Shown here piece by piece: positions 23,590 through 34,475 of a stretch of DNA of 41,312 bases; the first letter of the stretch is position 1, and every line of letters starts with the position of its first letter. A program made the translations under genes and the position numbers. Location of the stretch: the NCBI GenBank assembly GCA_002269645.1, contig NIVC01004586.1, forward strand, positions 1 through 41,312. Direction: 5' to 3'. This DNA comes from Macrostomum lignano. Lineage: Eukaryota. The notes beneath the pieces were generated by a model. That model did not search any database. It saw only the letters and a list, made by a program, of their open reading frames with translations, and had not been told where the DNA came from.

Positions 23590-24290
23590 TGACAGTGAAT
23601 ATCCTGACAGTGAATATCTTGAGTGAATATACTTACAGTGAATTAGCCTGACAGTGAGTATCCTGACAGTGAATTAGCCTGACAGTGAGTATCCTGACAG
23701 TGAATTAGCCTGACAGTGAGTATCCTGACAGTGAATTAGCCTGACAGTGAGTATCCTGCAGTGAATTAGCCTGAGAGTGAATAGCCTGACAGTGAATATC
23801 TTGAGTGAATATCCTGACAGTAAATATCCTGACAGTGAATATCCTGACAGTGAATATTCTGACAGTGAATATCCTGAGTGAATATCCTGATTGAATATCC
23901 TGACAGTGAATATCTTGAGTGAATATCCTTACAGTGAATTAGCCTGACAGTGAATATCTTGAGTGAATATCCTTACAGTTAATAGCCTGACAGTTAATAG
24001 CTTGACAGTGAATAGCCTGACAGTGAATATCCTGACAGTAAATATCCTGACAGTGAATATCCTGACAGTGAATATTCTGACAGTGAATATCCTGAGTGAA
24101 TATCCTGATTGAATATCCTGACAGTGAATATCTTGAGTGAATATCCTTACAGTGAATTAGCCTGACAGTGAATATCTTGAGTGAATATCCTTACAGTTAA
24201 TAGCCTGACAGTTAATAGCTTGACAGTGAATAGCCTGACAGTGAATAGCCTGACAGTGAATAGCCTGACAGTGAATATCCTGACAGCCAA
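23590..24290. repeat. 11-16-bp minisatellite (CTGACAGTGAATATC) with a 218-bp higher-order duplication
   Basis: The diagnostic variant TAAATATCC occurs at 23821 and 24039, and the variant order is repeated. Confidence 0.93.
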
Positions 24291-24362
24291 GACACCGTCA
24301 ACAAGCCAATTTATTTTATATCTGTAATACAGACTCATAAAGGAAAGGTATAAAGGTCTTAC

Positions 24363-24458
24363 AAGAGGACATAGGCCAATCAGTGAGTCGATATTTCTGG
24401 AGACCATCCTCCTTTGCTAGTTCAAGGCTTACAACCAGTTTTTGTTCTTCCTGCTTAT
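24363..24458 (-). CDS. Most upstream exon found of the NRF1-like gene (true first exon not located)
   Basis: Strong acceptor tttttattgttaatttttcag| and donor T|GTAAGA; 96 nt, phase 1-1, open: KQEEQKLVVSLELAKEDGLQKYRLTDWPMSS. Phase-compatible with 21991. Confidence 0.62.
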
Positions 24459-25849
24459 CTGAAAAATTAACAATAAAAATGATCAAACAATGCTACTCTT
24501 TCGAACAGGTAATAGTAGTATTGTGCGAATATATGATTTGCAATTTTTGAAATGCAATTTTTACTTACATATTTTCTCAAAATCATTGCCATTTTCAGTA
24601 TTACTACCAGAGTTGGGCAATTCGGTTTTATTGTCCATTATATATAATTTACCGACTCTGAAAAAAGCAGAAAAGTTGAGAGATAACATTTTACATTTTA
24701 CAAAAATGTTATTTTTGTGACATAGCTTTGCATTGCAATAGTTTTTTCTTTAGTTTCAATTAATAAATGGCCTCTTGTGCAAGTTTTTACTCTTTTTCTT
24801 CCCTTATTTTTTACATTTTTTGTGTTTTTTTAATACTTTTTCTAATGTACCTTCCTTATGATTTTTGGTATTTGGTTAATTAGTTTGCAACATACTACAT
24901 ACCTACTTTTCTTTCACATTTGTTTTAATGAAACAAAAATTCATAGCAATACCATGTGCCTGCTTGCAAAAAGTTGAGCATTTTTAAATACCCAAGAAAT
25001 TTCTAACACTGTTTATAGAGTTTGCATAGGGGTCTATGGTTTTTGTCTATGGCCAAAATATTCTATATTCATATCACATTATAATGCATATAGAATGCAT
25101 AGAATATAATAGGTATCTCTTTGCCTTAACCTTAAACTGTAAAAGATAAAGGTGTCTAAAGCAACCTTGGTAATAGTAGAATATTTCAAAAAATATGTAC
25201 AACATAAGAATTGAGTTATAATATTTTTCTACTTTTCAATTCTTAACTAAAGATCTTTTAGAATTTTTTAAGGTATATATAAAGTGTTTTTATTGATTAG
25301 ATTACAAAATTACAACTAATCTAAAACAAATTTGGTTAAACAAAGATCTAATATCTTAAATGATCTAAAACAAGTTTTGATCTAATGCCAAATCAAATGC
25401 CTAATTGGAACAAATCTAGAAAATATACCAATGGTATGTCAAATATGCAAAGGCATAGCCAAATTTCAATCCTAGATATAAGTTACACAAGGTCAAAACA
25501 AAAGTGAAAATGTTAACCAAATATTATTTTGTTTTTTGTTATTCTTTGAGCAATAGAAGCAGTTTTTGCAATATAGTTTTAATGGTTTTTTTAATTCAAG
25601 ATTTTATATTAAGTATCAATTAATGTTTTTTTATATAATGCCATCTATACAGACATATATTTGCTCCAATTTGTAAGTCACAAAACAAAACTTTCAATCA
25701 AAACTAAAGTTATATAGCAAGTATATTTTAGAAGTTTTATATATAATAGGTGGCAGCTAAAGCTTATCTCAATCATTTTCATTGGCTTCTATAAATCAAT
25801 CTGTCTATCAAGCAGCCAATGACTGCTTGATAGACAGTCATGGATATAA

Positions 25850-26185
25850 TAACAATTCTATGGCCTTTATCAAAATATCCAATAGATACATTGCAAAGTT
25901 TTCAACTAGCTCTGGTATGTTACAAGGTGACACCTTTCTCTTTGCTATTTGTCCTACTGATGGACTATGCTCTATACGACTCTGTAATAAAAGGATAGAT
26001 TTTTAGTCAGTTAGTGCCACAGATTGCAAAATCTTGAGGTCTAACTCCCTTGCTTGCCCTATGTTGACAACATTTTGTCTACTATAGCCTGAAAGTTGGC
26101 ACAGAGAAAAACAAAACCTACTCTTCAAGGAAGGTGCTTGCATAGGTCTGCAGATTAGTACTAAGAAGACTAAGGTGCTTCATAT
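25850..26185 (+). mobile_element. Decayed non-LTR retrotransposon RT fragment
   Basis: FSTSSGMLQGDTFLFAI resembles GVLQGDTLAPFLF; AYVDNIL resembles YADD; GLQISTKKTKVL resembles GLKINxxKTKVM. Frameshifts and stops are present. Confidence 0.7.
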
Positions 26186-27598
26186 AGGCATTGAGACTCT
26201 ACTAATGCTGCCCAAAGGGGAAATCAGCTGACAATCAGCTGGATGTAACGCATAAAATGTGCAGAATCCACCAAATAACCCACCTAACACTTGGCTGTTT
26301 CCTGGGTGGATTTTGTTTCAGAAACTGCCAAAGAACCCACCAGCCATTGTGCAGTTTCCTGGGTGGTTTTTTCAGTTAGAAACTCTTCTCTTGGTGGTTT
26401 TTTGGTGGTTTCATCTTAGCGGTTTCCTAAAGAGAGTAAATGGTGGATTCTGCAGGAATCATCCAAAGCTTTGTGAGAACCAGCCAAAGTTTCTGGTGGG
26501 TTCCTTTGTCAATTCCAATTTTCAACATGGCTGGAATCTCTGAAAGAAACTGATAAGTGTTTGGTGGTTTTTTTAGTTAGAAACTTTTCTCTAGGTGGTT
26601 TTTTTGGTGGTTTCTTATAGTAATATTTTGTAGACTAGTCTCTGAATATAGACAATAAATGCAAAAAAATTTGCTTTGCATACTGCAAACAGTATATTTA
26701 AGATGTAATCTACCAAGTATGCACCAATAGACTAGGGGGTAGGCCCCTATTGCAACAATAAAGGACCTGTTTTAGCACTTGACATTACTCTAGCAATGAT
26801 AACAAGTCAACAAAACAATATTGCTATACCCTAGGCCTATAACAGGCTATAAGGAGCATATTAAACAACTTGGCCAACTCTTTGATGTACACTATGGACA
26901 TGGTACTAAACTGCCTATAACCTTGTTTCATGTGAGAATTTTCCCTACAAATTTCTAAGAGTTAGGGCCTTAGGTGCATAGCTAAGATTCATATCAAAGG
27001 AGGGGACAAAGACATAAATAGAAACATAAATTTATCTCCGATAGAAGCAAAATATAAAGGCAGAAAAAAATTTCCCCTTAAGTAGACTATTGGCCTACTA
27101 GGAGTATGGAGGGCATAAATTGTAACTAGGCCCAGACTTTCAAATCTTTTACATGGTACACTAGAAAATATGACCCTCTATACTATAAATTTAAATTTAT
27201 GCCAAAAAACAAATTTAAATACTTGTGATCTATATACCAGACATTATCAAAAAGTGTTACAACAAAAAAAGACTATTGCATTGCAACAATTAAGGACCTT
27301 TTTTGAGTTATGACAATATAAGACCCTTTCATGCATTATGTCATTTGGTATTTTGTATACTAATAGCTATGCTATATGTTGGCTCTGTGGCACAATTTTC
27401 TAGTAGATTCTTCTCTATACTAGATATTTATGTAACAGGGGGGATTCTTCCTTCTTAATAATATCCCACCGCTGCAACCAAAAGCTGTCCTAGGGCTCTT
27501 AATTATTCTCTTTCTAGTCTTACTCGCTGCCACCAAGTTGTCAAAGTGGTGTTCCTGTACGATACAAAATCCCACCAATTAGCCACCAAGCTGTTACA

Positions 27599-28383
27599 GG
27601 CTCATTCCATATAAGATAGACATATTTGGAAAATAGAAAAAAGTCAATATTTTTGCTTGCCATTGCCTAATTAGCCTATTTTTTTACCAAATGTTTATAT
27701 TGTGCAATATATACAATCTAAGAATAAAGGAATGGTAAAATGTTGGATTAGTATGTTATCAATTGGCAAAAAGTCATTTTTGTAAAAATTTGGACATTTT
27801 TCGAAGCAAAAGACATCATTAAGATTTTGTACCTTTTAAAAACAAATAGAAAGCTTTTGAAGGTTGAAACAAACTATAGATAAAAGTATAGTACTTGCAT
27901 CATCAGATAAAAGCATTGGTGACCAAATAATCTATTATATTTTTAATGTATTAGTACCTCAAAGTTACTGAATTGACAGAAAAAATATGTTACGACCATA
28001 ATGTTACGACCATAAGGCTGCCTTTTCTTTTGTATCTTTGTTGCCTTTTGAGTTTATATATTCTAATAAAAGAGTATGATTTCTAAAGATGTTCTTAGTC
28101 AAATTTTAAAAAAGTATTGCAAAATATCAAAAAAGAAAAATGTTATAAGACTTTTACCTTTTAGTTTCTATATGTCAAAAATCCTGTCGTTACGACCAGA
28201 AGTGTCATTTAAGGTTTAATAGCATCTATACTAATGATGATATCTATATGAAACTCTATAAATATATTCTAGACAAAATAATCTTTCATTTAAAATATTG
28301 GTTTAGTATATTCTATTATTAGATTTCATTTTATAAGTAAAAATAACCTGTCATGTTACGACCATGCTTATATGGAATGAGCC
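27599..28383. mobile_element. 785-bp non-autonomous DNA transposon (MITE) with 17-bp perfect TIRs and 4-bp TACA TSD
   Basis: GGCTCATTCCATATAAG (27599-27615) and CTTATATGGAATGAGCC (28367-28383); TACA at 27595-27598 and 28384-28387. The interior is AT-rich with four GTTACGACCA motifs. Confidence 0.8.
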
Positions 28384-30171
28384 TACAGGGCTAATTTACT
28401 AATCTCTTAAGTGTTCTTCTTGGGTTGGTAGCTGCCACTAAGATTATTCTATTAATAAATTATGAGCTTATCAATATTAGAATAATCTAAGAAATGTTTC
28501 TTAGAATAGGTCTGAGTATTTAGTCTGAGTATTATTCTTAGAAAAACTGTTAGCCCTGAAAGATTTTACTCTTCTGATTATTCTGGTAGCGTTCTATTAT
28601 TCTGGTAGCGTTCTATTTAATAATGGCCTGAGCAGTATTTTGGCTTACTAATATATGTATTTCATGTAATTTGCAAGTCCTTAGGTGTTACCGAGATCAG
28701 AGGGTCACAGCCTCCGGTTATTCTTACATGTATCACTTTAGATCTACTTCGTATTCTCTTACTACTCAATACTGCTGCTTCTCAATAGTATGTACTGTAT
28801 ATGCTTCAGTCTATTTCACTCTTACTTCTTAAAAAGAATCAACACAGAAAACACTTCTTCAATTCTTATTTTCTCGGAACTCTTACTATTCATTATCAAC
28901 TATTTTGTTAGTGAACCGCGGTGCGCGAGGTTGGTCTCTCCTCTGCCAAAAACGCTTCTATTTATACTAAAATTTGCTACAGTTTTAAACAAAAATTCGT
29001 TAGTGTAAAATATTATAGAAAATATGAGTATTAAAATAAAATATGTTTCTTAGTTTTGGCGTGAATTCAAATTGACTAAACAGTGACTATTTTATAAAGA
29101 AATTGGGAGGGGCCCTGCACATTTACTAACCATTTTTAGGTCTGTTGTAGCCTATACTACTAGAACCTTTTTGTATTTATATAGGCCTATGATTTAGGAA
29201 TAGAGGACTAGGCCTATTTTAGGATATCTAAAGTAGATTTTGAGTCTGAGTTTTAAGGAATTAGACATTGCCACATTGGGGCAGATTTTGAGTCTGAGTA
29301 ACTGAGTTTTGGTATAGACTATAGGCCTATTGAGGTAGAAAGTTTTTTGGTTTTAAATATATTCCTAGGCAATTGATATAGGCCTATTTAGCAACATTTA
29401 AAGTTGCTACTTTATACTTGTATGCCAATGAGTAATTTTTGGACTATTCTGAACAAAGGTAAAAAACTAATTGGGGTAGGCCCAATAGCCTAACTTTGCC
29501 TTTTAATATGTCCAATCTTTGTACACTAGGCTTACTACCCCTATTTTATTCTTTAACTTGAATCTGTAGTGGCATAGCTAAATTGTGACACTTGCAAAGA
29601 TTGAGAGACTTTAGGCCTATCTGCACTCTCAAAAGCTAAGGGCCTATGTTATGTCACAATCCTGACCTGACTATGGACCTAGCCTAGTCTAGGACGATAG
29701 GTCCTTGAAAATTTAAAATAAAGATAGGCAGCAAGGTCCCAAGGAACTTGGAAGGCACAATTAATTTACACAGTAACATTCAAAGTAGACCTATGCCTAA
29801 TATAATATGATGTATGCCCTCTAGTCTAGGCTAACAGTTCACAGTTGTACTTGTAGGCCTAAAAAATGGGCCTAGCCTGCAGCTAAACGTTACACTTACA
29901 CGTACACAGATAAACCTAATTAAAATGTGAACCACTATGGCAAAATGGCACTACAACAAAATAGCCAATAAATACGATAAAAAGAATACAATTGTATATA
30001 ATACTGTTGTATACAATACAGACACAATTATCTATCTAATACATTACCGACACAGACTTCATAAAAAACGATTTTTTGCTCGAAAAACTAACTACTAATC
30101 AGGTAAAGTGGCTCGCTTGATGAAGAGTAGATAAATAAAGGTAAATATCAACATGAAGTATTATTTGAGTT

Positions 30172-30215
30172 GCCGATGCATTTCGTCCATTTGCATTAGG
30201 ACATCGTCAGGGTCT
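30172..30215 (-). ncRNA. Minimal type-I hammerhead ribozyme motif in the inverted pLTR copy
   Basis: Exact reverse complement of 31517-31560. Confidence 0.6.
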
Positions 30216-30736
30216 TTTTATTGAGAAACAATTTGAACGAATATTCAGTATATATAGATAGTTGAGAGTAACAAGAGTAGTTGAATTGAGTTTTTAATTG
30301 ATGGTTTAAAACTTGTACATAGTAATCAATTTTTGATACAGTATTGGTTGGGTAAAGTGCATATCAGTTTCAAGCCAGTCCGGTCATTGACAAATCAGCT
30401 AAAAAATTCTGAGTTGACGGCTAGCCCCACCCATCGCAAGTTGGTTATTTAACGTGGGCTGTTTGGTCTTAATGTACAGGGCTTCTAATAGGCAGAGCAT
30501 GTGATCTCTATTACAAAAATCAATAGCCTTTATCATTTCGTGTGGTTCAGCCTCACAACAAGAATTGCAGGTTAGCAGGTGTTCGTTAATAGCAGAGTTT
30601 TTTAGCCAGTGCTCTCTGACCCTCGTGTATAAGTGTCGTTTAGTTTTTCCTATGTAGGAGATGCTCTACATAGGAAACAATGTAGAGCTACAATGGCTAT
30701 CCTACAATGGCTATCCTAAGAACTTTGTGATGAAAA

Positions 30737-31333
30737 TTGTCAACTCTTTTCTACAATGGCTATCCTAAGAACTTGGTGATGAAAATTGTCAACTCTTTTC
30801 TCAATGACAAACTGACTGAACCTAATCGGATGAAAGTTCGTGATTCCACCTCTGAATGTCCCTTGATCACTTTGCCTTACTTTGGTGTTTGTTCTATAGA
30901 GTTTAAAAAGAAGTTAGAAAAGCTGCTCCGTAAAGACTTAAACACTCAAATCCGTGTTGTGTTTCGCACCGAAAAGATTGCTAAGTTTGTCTGCAAGTTG
31001 AAATCCAGTGTTCCACGTCCTCTCGCGGCTGGTGTCGTGTATAAATTTGTTTGCTCTGAGGACCAGAGCATCTCCTACATAGGAAAAACTAAACGACACT
31101 TATACACGAGGGTCAGAGAGCACTGGCTAAAAAACTCTGCTATTAACGAACACCTGCTAACCTGCAATTCTTGTTGTGAGGCTGAACCACACGAAATGAT
31201 TAAGGCTATTGATTTTTGTAATAGAGATCACATGCTCTGCCTATTAGAAGCCCTGTACATTAAGACCAAACAGCCCACGTTAAATAACCAACTTGCGATG
31301 GGTGGGGCTAGCCGTCAACTCAGAATTTTTTAG
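30737..31333 (+). CDS. PLE ORF remnant: RT thumb/linker and GIY-YIG endonuclease
   Basis: NGYPKNLV, ITLPYFG, GVVYKFVC..SYIGKTKRHLYTRVREH, SAINEHL, LEALYIKTKQPTLNNQ are PLE GIY-YIG hallmarks. Intact to stop; the N-terminus is created by the truncation junction. Confidence 0.93.
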   Translation: MSTLFYNGYPKNLVMKIVNSFLNDKLTEPNRMKVRDSTSECPLITLPYFGVCSIEFKKKLEKLLRKDLNTQIRVVFRTEKIAKFVCKLKSSVPRPLAAGVVYKFVCSEDQSISYIGKTKRHLYTRVREHWLKNSAINEHLLTCNSCCEAEPHEMIKAIDFCNRDHMLCLLEALYIKTKQPTLNNQLAMGGASRQLRIF

Positions 31334-31516
31334 CTGATTTGTCAATGACCGGACTGGCTTGAAACTGATATGCACTTTACCCAACCAATACTGTATCAAA
31401 AATTGATTACTATGTACAAGTTTTAAACCATCAATTAAAAACTCAATTCAACTACTCTTGTTACTCTCAACTATCTATATATACTGAATATTCGTTCAAA
31501 TTGTTTCTCAATAAAA

Positions 31517-31560
31517 AGACCCTGACGATGTCCTAATGCAAATGGACGAAATGCATCGGC
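31517..31560 (+). ncRNA. Minimal type-I hammerhead ribozyme motif in the 3' pLTR
   Basis: CUGACGA (31522-28), extra U, stem II GUCC/GGAC, GAAA (31548-51), palindromic AUGCAU helix III, predicted AUC cleavage after 31557. Helix I has only 2-3 bp (CC/GG). Confidence 0.6.
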
Positions 31561-33682
31561 AACTCAAATAATACTTCATGTTGATATTTACCTTTATTTA
31601 CTAACTACTAACTAACTATTTTTCGAGTAGCTAACTATAATTCTAAGAATCAAATTCGATATAAGGAAGCGATACGCTTCAATAAGCCGCGTAGATAGTC
31701 CAACGAAAGCACAACTGGGTGAATTCATTTTATTTCAAGCTTATCTGTGAATATTGATCAAAGTCAGGAAACTTTTCTCTAAACTTGAACAAGCATGATA
31801 AGTTGTTGATTCTTTTTTACTTTTACTCGTCCTACCATCTAACCGAAGCTGCCTTGAGTAGCTAAGTGTTCTGGTCTAAGCTTGGCTATAGGCCCTTATT
31901 ATATCATCATTCATCAGCATTGATGTATGTCTTTTGTCTGTAGGTGTCGGATTCTTTTCAATATTACATTCAGCATGTGTAAACTCTGAATCATAATTAT
32001 GATTCACTACTGTCATTATACTACATGTAGCTGACGTAACCCGAGCTGCATGAGAATACCTGCAAATCCCTGGGCTTTGGCGCTGAAAAGTACAGCCACC
32101 AGGCCTCGTCCCCTAGACTTTGTCCATGTCTGGATGGTGCGGTAGCTGACGACGTTGCGCGGCCAACAAGATACCTAATTTGGACAGCGGACCCCATAGT
32201 TTTTTGAAAGTACACGTCAGAAGCCTGGCCGCCACCAGTCACCTGTGCAGGAGTACATATACACCCGCGCCGTAAAAACACTAACGATGAGACGTACGGG
32301 ACTCCCGGTCAAGCAGACTGTGAGGAATATTAGAAAATGGTGAGCAATGGGGGGTGGAGACGACCTGACTAAGGATACTCAAAGACAGCGCAAGGAAGGG
32401 AGGAAAATAACTTAACAGACACGGCTGACGGGCAGGGCTGCTTGGGCACAGTAGTCGTCAGATGGTCACGGTGGCCGCTGGATGATTCAGGAAGTCTCGG
32501 AATGGGGTGGGCGTCAGCCAGACTGGTGGGCAACAGATAGGGAAGAGGAAGAAGGACAGTTAGCGAATGTCTATTGGGGAGCTCCTGAGGATCTAGGAGC
32601 AATAATGAAAGTATTCGGAGGAAATTAAATTAGTCTTAGGGGTGATCGCCGCGGTTCGGGTACGGAGTCCGGTCTCGCGGGAAAACAAACTAAACAGCAC
32701 AATTGGGGCGGAAACAGTAAAACGAGTACAGGTCCCGATTGAAGGAAAGTGAAGAAAGAACGGTTTAATGCTCAGGACTCAAAACGGGCTCCTACCTCTG
32801 TTACTAAAAAACCCTGATGACGTCTCGCTGTGATTGGATGAGAAATTGGGGTGGGGCACAGCGGCGAAAATGATTTATGATAGGGGATTACTTAACAGGT
32901 GGGAAAAGCTTGGGGACATAGGGGGTCAGAGTTGCGCATTGGATTTGATGATACGTGAGAATTAAGCTAAGCAAGCTAGGCGTGCATATTACTGCGGCGC
33001 GGGCTATCGAGAAAACGTTGTTAAATGTATTGAATATATTTCTTCGAGTAAAAAGATATTATAGCATTACGAGTATTAGGATGCATAGCACATGTAACAG
33101 AGGCAAAAGGGTGCAGCAAGCAAAGAGATGAGACAGTACAGCGAGGGGAGAGACACAGATGCAATAAATAGGGAGGATAAAGGGATTTACATGGAGGTGA
33201 AGGGGAGTGATAGAATAATAGTGATAGTGGACAGTGCTAGGAGGCAGGAGAAGCCGCACTCGACCCAAGGGTCACAAGTCACATATCTTGTGTACTAGAG
33301 AGAACAAGAGCCCAGGGGGGGGGCAAGGCAGCCGTCTAATTGACGAGGCACTCAGACGCCAAGGCCGTGGTTACAGCACTTACTTTATAAATCATATTTC
33401 CTAGATACGAATGAAAAACCCTTTTCACCATAGCCGTCTAAATCAACTCAGTGAGGTTTGCGAAAATTGAAAAATGCTTTTTTCGTTTTTGCAAAATCGA
33501 CAGCTTTGAGTCAAAAAGGTTTCTCGATTGATAATGGATTTTAATCAGTATTCACCCAGCCGTGTGGACCAAAACGACAGGCGAAAAGACAATTTCAATT
33601 TAAAATGCAATATAAAAAATCCATTAAGAATCGAACGGGCTCTGCAAATTTCTCGAATTCTGATCTGATTCAAGCTTTGGCC

Positions 33683-34112
33683 ATGATGGCGCTCCATAGA
33701 ATTTTCCCGATCCTGAGCAGCCTGATCTGCGTCACTCTTTGTCGGCAGTTTCAGACCACGGATCTCGGCTTCTTTGTTGACTACACGAATGGTGTGAGAG
33801 ATATATGCAAACTGAAAAACCTGGGCCTGACACGGGTTGGCCGTTACACCATACGGCCTGACGGTACTGATGTAAGTTACGTTTTCGTGTCGAGTTGGCA
33901 AATGACTCATGAGCTGTGCGGCACCATCTGCTCACTTGGCGGCTTCAAGTTTATGACGCTTCAAGGCGAAAACTGGTGCAGCTGCGGCAACTCCTACGGC
34001 TCGCAGAGCGCGGCTCCTGACTGGGAATGCTGGGACACCTGCGCCGGTAACAGGACTCAAAACTGTGGTGGTCCTTACCGAAATCGAGTGCTAAAATTGA
34101 CATATGCTGGCA
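33683..34112 (+). CDS. Secreted WSC-PAN protein, exon 1 (signal peptide and WSC domain)
   Basis: MMALHRIFPILSSLICVTLC signal peptide. GFFVD..RD..MTHELCGTIC..WCSCGNSYG..EC..TCAGNRTQNCGGPYRNRV is a WSC domain. Phase-1 donor GGCA|GTAAGT at 34113. Confidence 0.88.
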
Positions 34113-34475
34113 GTAAGTTTACAGGAATTTATTTCTGGGTAGCTACCGAGCATAATCCTAACAGTAGGATTAGTAGTTTCTTAGAAATAAGCATGTCGTA
34201 TACTCTCTATAGAAATCGGATTTTCTCATGACCAATTTTGTCTATGGTGAAAGCCCATTCACCGCTCTAGAGCGTACTAAACAAGGCGTACTAGGTACTA
34301 AGCGTACTAAGCACTAAACAACTAAACAAGTTGTTCATGGTGATTACAGGAAGCTATAGTTAAAGGCTAAGAGATTGAGCTTTAGTGTACAGGCAGAGCT
34401 CCGATGATATGACGAGTTGAAAATCAGACTTGCAACTATTTATCAATTATTTTCAAGCCCTTTCAAGTAGGTAGA

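Larger units (their letters stand above)
30098..31600 (+). mobile_element. 5'-truncated Penelope-like retroelement with inverted pseudo-LTR
   Basis: 30132-30667 is the reverse complement of 31065-31600 (536 bp, one mismatch seen). GIY-YIG ORF, hammerhead motifs, and candidate TSD CTAACTACTA at 30088-30097 and 31601-31610. Confidence 0.93.

Noticed and set aside
33872-33894. Micro-intron GTAAGT..GAG inside WSC exon 1
   Set aside because: It is 23 nt, removal would shift the frame, and the frame is open through it.
33423-34251. 11-bp inverted repeat flanking the WSC exon as a TIR pair
   Set aside because: Too short, no TSD, and not extendable.
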